Made by a program: the position numbers and the translations under genes. From NCBI GenBank assembly GCA_030645735.1, contig JAUSNP010000006.1, positions 196,095 through 260,094 on the forward strand: a stretch of 64,000 nt of DNA, written 5' to 3'. Numbering within the stretch: position 1 is the first letter of the stretch; each line of letters opens with the position of its first letter. Below the pieces are notes generated by a model. That model was not told the DNA's origin, made no database searches, and was given only the letters and a program-made list of their open reading frames with translations. This document shows positions 9,909 to 18,666 of this stretch, piece by piece. The stretch comes from Candidatus Moraniibacteriota bacterium. Lineage in GTDB: Bacteria > Patescibacteriota > Minisyncoccia > Moranbacterales > UBA2206.

Positions 9909-11009
9909 CTACAATAAGGTAGTTTTGTTTATCTTTTTAATCCAAAAGCCATTTGAACCCCAGAATGCCACATTTTTTCCATGGAAAAATAATTCTTTGT
10001 GTAAATCACTATAATTTCTGCTGATGTGTGCATTAGGCAATATAATTTCGAAATCCTTATTGCACGATAAAAAAGCTTGCAAAAGGTAACTCTCAGTCCA
10101 AAACATTCTAAAGGTTGGCGTTGTAAACAACGCCTTGCAATACTCGCGAGGTAAATCTATATCATGAAAATGAATAATCACTCCCTTATTTAAAATAGGT
10201 AATACTTCGAGTATTTCAAAATTAACATCACTTCCTGCCTTACAGACATGCGAAGAATCAATAAATAAGATATCATTTTCTTTAAGTCCAAGGAAAAACT
10301 CTGGATTAAGTAGCTCTACTGGTTGTTTTAGTACCGTAGTGCAATTAGGGTATCCATCTAAATCTACCAAAGAATATGGATCTACAATTGTGTAATTTTC
10401 ACATTTAAATCCATCCTTTTCATTTAATTTTACTGCCTCGCGAATAATCTTCGAGGAATTACCAGAGCCAATCTCAATTATTCTTCTGGGTTTATTTTCC
10501 CTTATCATAGAATGCAAAGCAGAAGCACATCCATAAGAAAAGCACCTATTATTTAAATAAAATTCCCTAGGATCGCTAGTTGGATCCTCACTCCACCTAC
10601 ACTCATCTGCCCATTTTGCAAGTTCTTTTAAATTATTTAAAAAAACATTATCATCGAACTTAATTCCGCTTAGCGCACTCACCTTGTCCCAAGCTTTTCT
10701 TTTTTCAAGTTCTTTTATATCTGGTATTGGTTGGTAAAAATGTACTGGTACAAGTAAAAAATTATTTTCTAAACATTTATCTGAATTATCTCCGGTAGTT
10801 GCCCAATCTTTTATCACCTCAATAATATCACCTATCTGTTCCTCATTTAATACCATTTTTTTTTCAACTTCTATACTTTGTTTATCTTTTTTTTGATTTA
10901 CCATTTGATTAAGAGCACTCGTAGAACTCTCTACCAATTTTGCTACATTTGAAGATAATTTCCCTAATCTGTTAAAGCCCTTTTTTTTAAAAAAATTAGT
11001 TATATGCAT
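9909..11009 (-). CDS. putative class I SAM-dependent methyltransferase (glycan-modifying)
   Basis: RRIIEIGSGNSS glycine-rich SAM-binding motif I; acidic motif II region; ~110-aa N-terminal extension. Confidence 0.5.
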   Translation of the reverse strand: MHITNFFKKKGFNRLGKLSSNVAKLVESSTSALNQMVNQKKDKQSIEVEKKMVLNEEQIGDIIEVIKDWATTGDNSDKCLENNFLLVPVHFYQPIPDIKELEKRKAWDKVSALSGIKFDDNVFLNNLKELAKWADECRWSEDPTSDPREFYLNNRCFSYGCASALHSMIRENKPRRIIEIGSGNSSKIIREAVKLNEKDGFKCENYTIVDPYSLVDLDGYPNCTTVLKQPVELLNPEFFLGLKENDILFIDSSHVCKAGSDVNFEILEVLPILNKGVIIHFHDIDLPREYCKALFTTPTFRMFWTESYLLQAFLSCNKDFEIILPNAHISRNYSDLHKELFFHGKNVAFWGSNGFWIKKINKTTLL

Positions 11010-11025
11010 TGAATTTTTTTATTAA

Positions 11026-12153
11026 TTAACTCGCTTTTTTTCCCCATGTTCTTGTATTAACAATATTGGTGTAACTTTGGATTATTTTTATAACTTTTTC
11101 TGAAACATTATTATCCTGATAATCTTTCACGAGGTTTTTTCTTTCTGCAGAATGTGTCTTGACGGCGATTTCGATGGCACTCAACATATTGTCCGCATCA
11201 ATTCCGCCCAACACGATACTGCCAGCATCCAGTGCTTCTGGCCGCTCTTGGCTTGTTCTGATTGAAACGGCCGGAAAATTCAAAATTGCCGATTCTTCTG
11301 AAATCGTTCCACTATCCGACAACACGCAATAGGCATCTTTCTGCAATTTCACATAATCAAAAAATCCCAATGGCTCAACATTCCTAATCAAATCGTTGAA
11401 TTTGATATTTTTTTCAGCTATTTTTTTAGCAGTCCGCGGGTGTGTTGAAAAGATAATTGGCATTTGATATTTTTCTGCCACCGCATTCAAAGAATTTGCC
11501 AAGATTTCAAAATTATTCCCAACATCTAAATTTTCTTCCCTATGTGAACTAACAACGAAATATTTTTTTTCTGTAATGTCTAATTTTTCCAAAACATTTG
11601 ATTGCTCAATTTTTTCCTTATATGCGTGCAGAACTTCGGTCATTGGTGAGCCTGTCACATACACAAAGTCGTTTTTCATGCCTTCAGCAACCAAATATCT
11701 CCGAGCATTTTCCGTGTAGGCCAAATTAACATCGCTCACATGATCAATGATTTTCCGATTGATTTCTTCCGGTACATTGAAATCGAAACAGCGATTGCCA
11801 GCTTCCATATGGAAAATCGGAATCTTGAGTCTCTTGGCGGAAATTGCCGCCAAACCACTGTTGGTGTCACCGAGAATTAAAAGCGCATCAGGCTTTTCTT
11901 TGAGCATCACCTCATACGATTTTGCAATCACATTACCCATCGTTTGACCCAAATTTTCGCCAGGGGTTTCCAAATAATAATCCGGTTTTCGCAAATCAAA
12001 ATCTTTAAAAAAAACTTCGTTCAGATTATAGTCATAATTTTGCCCCGTGTGCACAAAAACAACCTCAAAAAAGTTTTCCATTTTCTGAATCGTCAGCGCC
12101 AGGCGAATAATTTCCGGCCGCGTGCCAACAATGACCATTACCTTTTTTTTCAT
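11026..12153 (-). CDS. UDP-N-acetylglucosamine 2-epimerase (non-hydrolysing; FnlC/WbvD/Cap5G-like)
   Basis: MKKKVMVIVGTRPEIIRLA...HTGQNYDYNLNEVFF...HMEAGNRCFD...STHPRT WecB-family motifs. Confidence 0.85.
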   Translation of the reverse strand: MKKKVMVIVGTRPEIIRLALTIQKMENFFEVVFVHTGQNYDYNLNEVFFKDFDLRKPDYYLETPGENLGQTMGNVIAKSYEVMLKEKPDALLILGDTNSGLAAISAKRLKIPIFHMEAGNRCFDFNVPEEINRKIIDHVSDVNLAYTENARRYLVAEGMKNDFVYVTGSPMTEVLHAYKEKIEQSNVLEKLDITEKKYFVVSSHREENLDVGNNFEILANSLNAVAEKYQMPIIFSTHPRTAKKIAEKNIKFNDLIRNVEPLGFFDYVKLQKDAYCVLSDSGTISEESAILNFPAVSIRTSQERPEALDAGSIVLGGIDADNMLSAIEIAVKTHSAERKNLVKDYQDNNVSEKVIKIIQSYTNIVNTRTWGKKAS

Positions 12154-12157
12154 AAGT

Positions 12158-13027
12158 TTAGATATGCTTATTTAAAATAATTTGCTTATATTTTTCTTCA
12201 TGGTTGTCGATCCATTCAGACATCTCTTCAATCATCGTTTCATAAGTTGGAATCTGGAAATCAAAGTCGGTTCTGGAATTAATCAGACTCTTATTGCTCA
12301 CATATGCACTGTCTTCCTTGATGACAATATCCTTGCTCATATATTTTTTAAATAAATTGAGCAAGTCATATTTGTTTATTTTCTCATTATTCACCAAATG
12401 ATACAACCCTGTGACATTCCAATCAAAAGATTTTTCAATTGCCTTGGCCAATTCCAAAGTAGTTACACCCGTCCAAATTACCTTGCTAAAACCTTTGGTC
12501 TCGCCTTTTTGTTGCATGAACCAATTGAACAGCCCGAGGCCTTTTTCATTGACATCTGGCCCAACAATTGAAGTTCTAAATGTTACACTTCTTTCGTTAT
12601 TCACTTCCCCTAAAGACTTGGTTTTTCCATAAAAAGATGTGGCATCTGCAAAATCAGTTTCCCCATAATCTCCCTTTTCTCCTGAAAAAACACAGTCAGT
12701 GCTGATATGAACGAATTTGAATTGATATTTTTCAGAAAGCGAATCAATATAGTGAGGCAAAAATGAATTGATAAGCACTGCTCCAGATTTATTATCTTCT
12801 GCAAATTGATTCAAAACACCAATACAATTTATAACAAAATTTGGTTCTATTCTATCAATAATCACTTCCAACTCTTTGAAATCTCCGAGAACGTCAAAAA
12901 AACTATTTTTCTCCATAGTTTCTTTTCTGGTTGTAGCATAGACATCATATTCCTTTTCTTCCAAAAAAGTTTTAATCATATTCCCCGCCATGCCATCTGC
13001 GCCTAGAATTAATATTTTTTTATCCAT
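12158..13027 (-). CDS. RmlD-like NAD(P)-dependent sugar-nucleotide reductase (WbvR/FnlB-like, 289 aa)
   Basis: MDKKILILGADGMAGNMI Rossmann start, YGKTK catalytic motif; positioned between the CapD-like dehydratase and the 2-epimerase. Confidence 0.7.
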   Translation of the reverse strand: MDKKILILGADGMAGNMIKTFLEEKEYDVYATTRKETMEKNSFFDVLGDFKELEVIIDRIEPNFVINCIGVLNQFAEDNKSGAVLINSFLPHYIDSLSEKYQFKFVHISTDCVFSGEKGDYGETDFADATSFYGKTKSLGEVNNERSVTFRTSIVGPDVNEKGLGLFNWFMQQKGETKGFSKVIWTGVTTLELAKAIEKSFDWNVTGLYHLVNNEKINKYDLLNLFKKYMSKDIVIKEDSAYVSNKSLINSRTDFDFQIPTYETMIEEMSEWIDNHEEKYKQIILNKHI

Positions 13028-13034
13028 ATTGTTT

Positions 13035-14030
13035 TTATTTGAATAAATCCAATTTAAGTAATATTTTTTTCATCCCATCGACATCTAGTCGCTCAGTATT
13101 GTGCGAATTATATTCGTCTATTTTATCAAATTCAACATTACCCGCATTTTCATAATTAGTATAATTCAGGGTACGATTATCCGGAAATATTCGATAGTAC
13201 TCTCCTAAATCAGCTGAACTAGCCATTTCTTCCTTTGTCACCAAGACTTCGAATAATTTTTCTCCGTGACGCGTACCGATGTTTTTGATGTTAACATCCG
13301 AATTTTTCAATTCTTTGATGGCTTTTGCCAAAACATCGATTGTGGCGGCTGGTGCTTTTTGCACAAATAAATCGCCTTGCTCCCCATGCTCAAATGCGTA
13401 CAAAACCAGATCCACTGCGTCTTCCGCAGTCATCATGAAACGCGTCATATCCGGATTAGTAATAGTGATTGGTCCACCATTTTCAATCTGTTCCACAAAC
13501 AATGGGATGACTGAACCGCGTGATCCCATCACATTGCCATAGCGCGTTCGACATATAACTGTCTCGTCTTTTCTCAAATTGCGCCCCTTGGCAACTGCCA
13601 CCTTTTCCATAAGAGCCTTTGTCATGCCCATTGCGTTGATTGGATAGGCGGCTTTGTCTGTGCTAAGCACGATAACCTTTTTGACTTTTTTATTTATTGC
13701 AGCTTCCAAAACATTATCAGTTCCAAGTATGTTCGTTTTGACAGCCTCGATTGGGAAGAATTCACAGGACGGAACTTGTTTCAAGGCCGCAGCATGAAAA
13801 ACATAATCGACGCCTTCCATTGCATTCTCAATACTGCGATAGTCGCGGACATCACCTATATAGAATTTGATTTTTTCATTGTTATATGCTATTCGCATAT
13901 CCTCCTGTTTTTTTTCATCTCGAGAAAATATTCTTATTTCCCTTAAATCAGACTCTAGAAATGTCTTCAATACTGCATTTCCGAAAGTCCCTGTTCCACC
14001 AGTTATTAATAAAATCTTATCGTTAAACAT
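13035..14030 (-). CDS. UDP-N-acetylglucosamine 4,6-dehydratase/5-epimerase, short CapD/FnlA/WbvB/PseB family
   Basis: MFNDKILLITGGTGTFGNAVL..., STDKAAYPINAMGMTKALMEK, YGNVMGSRGSVIPLF motifs. Confidence 0.85.
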   Translation of the reverse strand: MFNDKILLITGGTGTFGNAVLKTFLESDLREIRIFSRDEKKQEDMRIAYNNEKIKFYIGDVRDYRSIENAMEGVDYVFHAAALKQVPSCEFFPIEAVKTNILGTDNVLEAAINKKVKKVIVLSTDKAAYPINAMGMTKALMEKVAVAKGRNLRKDETVICRTRYGNVMGSRGSVIPLFVEQIENGGPITITNPDMTRFMMTAEDAVDLVLYAFEHGEQGDLFVQKAPAATIDVLAKAIKELKNSDVNIKNIGTRHGEKLFEVLVTKEEMASSADLGEYYRIFPDNRTLNYTNYENAGNVEFDKIDEYNSHNTERLDVDGMKKILLKLDLFK

Positions 14031-14055
14031 ATTTTTAAAAAATTATTTATTAGAA

Positions 14056-15375
14056 TTATTTTAATAGCCATTCATGTTTAATATCACAAAGGCCTCTATA
14101 TTTAGCTTTTAATCCTACTGCAAATATTTTTAATTCTTTATATTTTTGTTTCACATCATAGTAAATTTTTTCGCTATCGTCAAAGCAAGCAACGTTCAAA
14201 TAATAATCTCCTTTTAATATCGGCATACTATCAAAATGCAAAACGATATAGTCGCTCCTATTGCCAATTTCAAAATTATCCATCTGAGTATTATAACTAA
14301 AAATTCTTTCGTCTTTCTCAATTCCATAAAGGCCTATGCCAATATTAACACCATTAGCTTCCTTATTAATTTTATAATAAATTTTTATATCCACTGATTC
14401 ACCTGTTTCAAAAGCATTTTTTACTTTTCCGTCCTTATCCAAAAATTCAATGTTGGTTATTTCTGCGACTTTATTTTTTCTTTCTTCCTCCAATTTTATT
14501 TTTTCCAATTCGATTCTTTTCTTTTCAAATTCCAACTCCCGTCCCTTCATATTCTTCAGGTTTTTTTCCGCTTGAATGATTTTCTGTTTTTCAATTTCTT
14601 CCATTCGCCTTTCCTCATCTGACATATTTTCATAAACATAAGCATTGCCCACCTCTTCAGCCTTTCCAATTTTCACAATTTTTCCGTTGCGCAAAAGCAT
14701 TGCTCGATCACAATATCTCTGCACCGTGCCAGTATCGTGCGTCACTAAAATAACCGTTTTACCCATTTTCTTATAACGATTAAATTCCGTCAGACATTTA
14801 CTCTGAAAATTTGAATCTCCTACTGCCAATACCTCATCCATCAGCAAAATCTCACGATTAGCATGAATAGAAACTGAGAAAGCTAAACGCACTTGCATAC
14901 CAGAAGAATAATTTTTCAATTTTTGATCGATGAATCGTTCTAACTCTGAAAAAGCTACGATTGAATCAAATTTTTCATCAATCTGTTTTTTGGTCATTCC
15001 TAAGACAGTTGCATTTAGATATACATTATCTCGTCCAGAAAGCTCGGGATTGAAACCAATGCCCAATTCCAAAAATGGTGAAATCATGCCGTCTATTTCC
15101 ACTTTTCCTTTGTCGGCCTGATAGATGCCAGCCAAAACCTTCAAAAGTGTTGACTTACCTGAACCATTGCGACCAATGATACCAAAAAACTCACCTTTCT
15201 TCACTTCAAAAGAAACATCGTCCAATGCTTGAAATTCCTCAAAACCGCCACTCTTAAAAAGACCCGTGACCGCGCCACGCACAGAAGTCACCTTTTCATG
15301 AGGGATGCGGAAGGTTTTTGAGACATTTTTGACTGAAATAGCAATATCTTTATCCATTTTTCTATTGTACAACAT
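14056..15375 (-). CDS. wzt: polysaccharide ABC exporter ATP-binding protein Wzt/TagH-like with coiled-coil linker and C-terminal putative glycan-binding domain
   Basis: Walker A GRNGSGKST, signature SSGMQVRLAF, Walker B LLMDEVLAVGD; then Glu/Lys-rich coiled coil and ~150-aa beta-rich C-terminal domain. Confidence 0.8.
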   Translation of the reverse strand: MLYNRKMDKDIAISVKNVSKTFRIPHEKVTSVRGAVTGLFKSGGFEEFQALDDVSFEVKKGEFFGIIGRNGSGKSTLLKVLAGIYQADKGKVEIDGMISPFLELGIGFNPELSGRDNVYLNATVLGMTKKQIDEKFDSIVAFSELERFIDQKLKNYSSGMQVRLAFSVSIHANREILLMDEVLAVGDSNFQSKCLTEFNRYKKMGKTVILVTHDTGTVQRYCDRAMLLRNGKIVKIGKAEEVGNAYVYENMSDEERRMEEIEKQKIIQAEKNLKNMKGRELEFEKKRIELEKIKLEEERKNKVAEITNIEFLDKDGKVKNAFETGESVDIKIYYKINKEANGVNIGIGLYGIEKDERIFSYNTQMDNFEIGNRSDYIVLHFDSMPILKGDYYLNVACFDDSEKIYYDVKQKYKELKIFAVGLKAKYRGLCDIKHEWLLK

Positions 15376-15427
15376 TTTTTACCCCCTATCAAGCCGGGTT
15401 TTCAGATACTTTTTAACTTTATGGACT

Positions 15428-15457
15428 TTCGACTTTATGGACTTATCATGCTATAAT
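15428..15457 (+). promoter_or_regulatory. candidate promoter (-35-like CGACTT, 17-nt spacer, extended -10 TGcTATAAT) giving a near-leaderless transcript for the SpoIID-like gene
   Basis: atgcTATAAT at 15449-15457, ATG at 15470; preceded by two GACTTTATGGACTT repeats. Confidence 0.45.
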
Positions 15458-15469
15458 ACCAATGAAATT

Positions 15470-16846
15470 ATGAAAAAAATACATACAAAAATTATAATTA
15501 CTTTGGCGATTTTTGCGTTTTTGCTGTCTGCCAAAAGTGTCTCAGCAGCCGCATCCTGTTCTGCGATTTCAGTTGTTGGCGATTGGAATGGTGACGGGAA
15601 AACCAAGATCGGCATCTTTAGAAATGGCAATTGGTACTTAGATAGCGACGGGAATGGCAAACTTGAATATGATAAGGATATTATTGGAAAACTTGGCATG
15701 TTGTCTGGAGATGTTCCTATTGTTGGCGATTGGAATGGTGACGGGAAAACCAAGATCGGCATCTTTAGAAATGGCAATTGGTACTTAGATATAAATGGAG
15801 ATAGTCTGTGGGATGGTGGCTTAGTTGATATTCTTTCTCCCAATTTTGGAATTGAATTAGCATGCCCAGCAAATATTGGACCAGATATTTCTGTTGGACT
15901 TTGGAGCTATACTCGAGATGACATACGCTCAACTGGAGAACCTTTTAAGATCACTGCTAACAAGAACTATGTCATAAAAAAGGGTGACGGAACCATCATA
16001 GCCACTGTCATATCAACTCAGCAAACAAGAGCTATTTATGAAAGCGCTGGCAATCTGCAGGTCTATAGTACCGATGATGGCATTCCACTGACAAACATGG
16101 GTGATAGAATTATTTTTGAATCGGCAGACGGAAACAACACTGATATGATATTTGATGCCCATCGCCCATCAATTCCAACACCGGAATATAGCAACTACAA
16201 CCACTATCGCGGAAAAATAGAATTGCGCTACACGGATAATTCAAAAAACAATGCCATCTATGGAGATGGTGAGACTAAGCGTATCTGGGTAATCAACGAA
16301 CTGCCCCTCGAACACTACACTTGGGGCATGGCAGAGTTGAATCTTGCTAATGTGACCGAACATAATAAAGTGATGGTGAGCATTTTCAGAACTTACGGAA
16401 AAAGTAAAACAGAACTAATCACATATTACAACCAACTAGGTTTTGATTTGGTTTCAACTCCCTCCTCACAAAAATACAACGGCTATGACTATGAAATATC
16501 TCATCCCACGATAAAAAAGGCAGCTGAAGAAACCAGCGGTAAAATCATCACTTATCAAGGCAAGACTGCTCTCACGGCCTATTCCTCTTGGAGTGACGGA
16601 AGAACCAGAGCGCTAGATCTCAATCTCTATCCTTACCTGAAACCAGTTGATGATCCGTATGGCGACTACAATGGGGCTTATTGGAATAATGCCTACAAAA
16701 GTACCAGTGACCTTCTTGCTAGTGGAAATCACATGAAAGGTCTAATCGCGCATGGCTCCGTCACACTTGCCTATGACTTCCATTGGGATTGGCAAAGAAT
16801 TCTGAAATATTATTACACTGGGATAGGAATAACTTCGGCATATTAA
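15470..16846 (+). CDS. secreted SpoIID/LytB-domain protein with two N-terminal FG-GAP-like repeats
   Basis: Signal peptide MKKIHTKIIITLAIFAFLLSAKSVSAAAS; duplicated VVGDWNGDGKTKIGIFRNGNWYLD; C-term TYQGKTALTAYSSWSDGRTRAL..YPYLKPVDDPY resembles SpoIID motif (tYnGkpi.A.fhSsSgGrTe...PYLrsV.dP); the ORF-track start at 15305 is a spurious extension overlapping wzt. Confidence 0.6.
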   Translation: MKKIHTKIIITLAIFAFLLSAKSVSAAASCSAISVVGDWNGDGKTKIGIFRNGNWYLDSDGNGKLEYDKDIIGKLGMLSGDVPIVGDWNGDGKTKIGIFRNGNWYLDINGDSLWDGGLVDILSPNFGIELACPANIGPDISVGLWSYTRDDIRSTGEPFKITANKNYVIKKGDGTIIATVISTQQTRAIYESAGNLQVYSTDDGIPLTNMGDRIIFESADGNNTDMIFDAHRPSIPTPEYSNYNHYRGKIELRYTDNSKNNAIYGDGETKRIWVINELPLEHYTWGMAELNLANVTEHNKVMVSIFRTYGKSKTELITYYNQLGFDLVSTPSSQKYNGYDYEISHPTIKKAAEETSGKIITYQGKTALTAYSSWSDGRTRALDLNLYPYLKPVDDPYGDYNGAYWNNAYKSTSDLLASGNHMKGLIAHGSVTLAYDFHWDWQRILKYYYTGIGITSAY

Positions 16847-16852
16847 ATCTTT

Positions 16853-17398
16853 ATGAAAACATCTTCAAAAATTTTTAGCGTTCTGTTCCTAGGTGCTTTA
16901 ATTGTACTTGCCTATTTTGCCTTTCCCATCATAAAACAGCGTTATTTTACAGATGAGCCGGTCACGCCCGTGAAAATTAATATCTCCACGGATGATTCAA
17001 CCGCAACAGAAAACACTAATCCCAATGATCAGGCAAGTCCAGAGATTTCCGATGACACTGAACAAACAGATGGATCTATCCCAGTTGAGCAAATAGATGT
17101 TTTCAAAACTATCACCAAGCAAGATTGTCTAAATGAATGCTCCGCGTTCAAAAGCACTTCCGACAAAGAATATTGCCTACAAGTCTGCAGTTCATCCTCC
17201 TCTACTGAAAATAACACTCAATGTTCTGAGAAATCCGGATTGCAAAAAGACTATTGCCACAAAACTCTTGGTATTACAAACAAAGATTTCGAAGAATGCA
17301 AAAAAATAACCGACAAAAACATACAAGAATCATGCATAAACACAGTCACTGATAAAATTCTTGAGCGGAGCGATTCAACGGAAGATCGAAATCCCTAA
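16853..17398 (+). CDS. small secreted/membrane-anchored cysteine-rich hypothetical protein
   Basis: N-terminal hydrophobic anchor, Ser/Thr/Asp-rich linker, 10 Cys in C-terminal 90 aa; 7 nt downstream of the SpoIID-like gene. Confidence 0.45.
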   Translation: MKTSSKIFSVLFLGALIVLAYFAFPIIKQRYFTDEPVTPVKINISTDDSTATENTNPNDQASPEISDDTEQTDGSIPVEQIDVFKTITKQDCLNECSAFKSTSDKEYCLQVCSSSSSTENNTQCSEKSGLQKDYCHKTLGITNKDFEECKKITDKNIQESCINTVTDKILERSDSTEDRNP

Positions 17399-17506
17399 AA
17401 ATGGCTGTTATTATCCCACTTGGCCAAAACCGCATCCTCGAAGACTCACTTGAAAACCAACCAAAATCCAACACGCTAGATTTCTAACCTCGCAAAAAAC
17501 TTTCCA

Positions 17507-17536
17507 CAAAAAAACGGAGTCGAACTCCGATTTTTT
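17507..17536. terminator. bidirectional rho-independent terminator
   Basis: A-run, CGGAGT-cgaa-CTCCG hairpin, T6. Confidence 0.65.
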
Positions 17537-17541
17537 GTGTA

Positions 17542-18579
17542 TTATTGCAACTTACTTAATTCGTAATATTTTTGCTTAAGCGTAATTGAAATTTTTCTGA
17601 GATATTCTGATGTGGCATGCGCTTCATCTTCCGGATTTATTTTAGTATTTTTATATTTTTTCAATACCTCTGCATAAATTTTTTCAATTTCATCGACTGC
17701 CTTTTGAATACTGACAATTGATCGAATTTTTTTGGTCAGCTCAGCAGAATCAGCCGCGGCATATTTGTTTATTTCCTCATAAATCAATTCAGAATCTACT
17801 TCAGCATACATAGTTGATGTTCCGAAATTGAAATTATACAATCTTTCTACATTGTCTGCTGTAACCATTGGGCCAATGCCGTGCTCATTGCAAATCACCA
17901 CCGCAGCTCCAACAGCCAAAGCTTCAATAGCGCTTCTGCCGACTGCAAAAACCAAATCATAATTTACCAGCACCTCTTCCGGCTTATCAGTCTGATTGCC
18001 CGTAGCTAAACCAACAACATCCAAATCAATTCCAGCTCTGTCGCAAGCCTTGCGAACCAATGAGACATAATTATTTTCACCAGCGCGATTGTTGAAAATC
18101 AAAGCTTTTTTAGGTTTTTCCGGCAAAGACTCCCGCTGTTTGAAACGCTCCAAATCTACAAAATTATGCACCAAACGAATATCATTTTCCGGCACATGAT
18201 GTTCCTCAATAGATTTTTTCAAAGTCAACAAATCAACTATTGCATATTCCATGATTCTCGGATGAAGTGGCGGAGTTTCCTGCCAAGGCCTCCAGCCATG
18301 GCAAAAATATACAACTGGAACACCTGGAAAATACGTCAGAGCTGTCATAGTGTCCAAATGATGTTGTCCATGAATAATGTCAGGCCTCCAAGAAAGTTTT
18401 GCTAAATCATCAACTGTCTGGATTCCCTCTTGATTCATAATCTCACCCAAGGCGCCCACAAATGTGCTATAGGCAGCCACGGTGTGCCCGCGACGCATCA
18501 ATTCTTCAGCCACCTCTCTGACATACAACTCACTTCCAGTGCGCTTAGTTAGATTGTTGTTGGTTATCAAGATCTTCAT
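17542..18579 (-). CDS. glycosyltransferase family 1 (GT4)-like
   Basis: MKILITNNNLTKRTGSELYVREVAEELMRRGHTV N-terminal GT-B start; ATG at 18579 preferred over upstream TTG at 18618. Confidence 0.6.
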   Translation of the reverse strand: MKILITNNNLTKRTGSELYVREVAEELMRRGHTVAAYSTFVGALGEIMNQEGIQTVDDLAKLSWRPDIIHGQHHLDTMTALTYFPGVPVVYFCHGWRPWQETPPLHPRIMEYAIVDLLTLKKSIEEHHVPENDIRLVHNFVDLERFKQRESLPEKPKKALIFNNRAGENNYVSLVRKACDRAGIDLDVVGLATGNQTDKPEEVLVNYDLVFAVGRSAIEALAVGAAVVICNEHGIGPMVTADNVERLYNFNFGTSTMYAEVDSELIYEEINKYAAADSAELTKKIRSIVSIQKAVDEIEKIYAEVLKKYKNTKINPEDEAHATSEYLRKISITLKQKYYELSKLQ

Positions 18580-18630
18580 AATATTCCAATCATAGCATAT
18601 TTTCACCGAATTGTTCAAAAATCCTCAAAT

Positions 18631-18666
18631 TCTGTAGGGGTTCTGTAGGGGTTTCCCTCCTACAGA
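18631..18666. repeat. REP palindromic element copy 1 (partial half-copy + full imperfect copy)
   Basis: tCTGTAGGGG + tCTGTAGGGGTTTCCctCCTACAGa immediately 3' of the RAYT stop codon. Confidence 0.8.

Noticed and set aside
10976-12160. Homopolymer tracts (T9/A8 at the methyltransferase start, A9 right after the wecB-like ATG) as phase-variation switches
   Set aside because: A/T homopolymers of 7-10 nt are frequent in this AT-rich sequence, so they cannot be distinguished from background. Only the heptamer tract at 26918 stands out.
15305-15469. N-terminal 55 codons of the ORF-track entry 15305..16846 (overlapping wzt)
   Set aside because: They overlap the 3' end of wzt on the opposite strand. 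A signal peptide begins at the internal ATG 15470, which has a promoter 13 nt upstream. This is treated as a spurious extension. Similar extensions were trimmed at 27618, 28972, 52428 and 44737.
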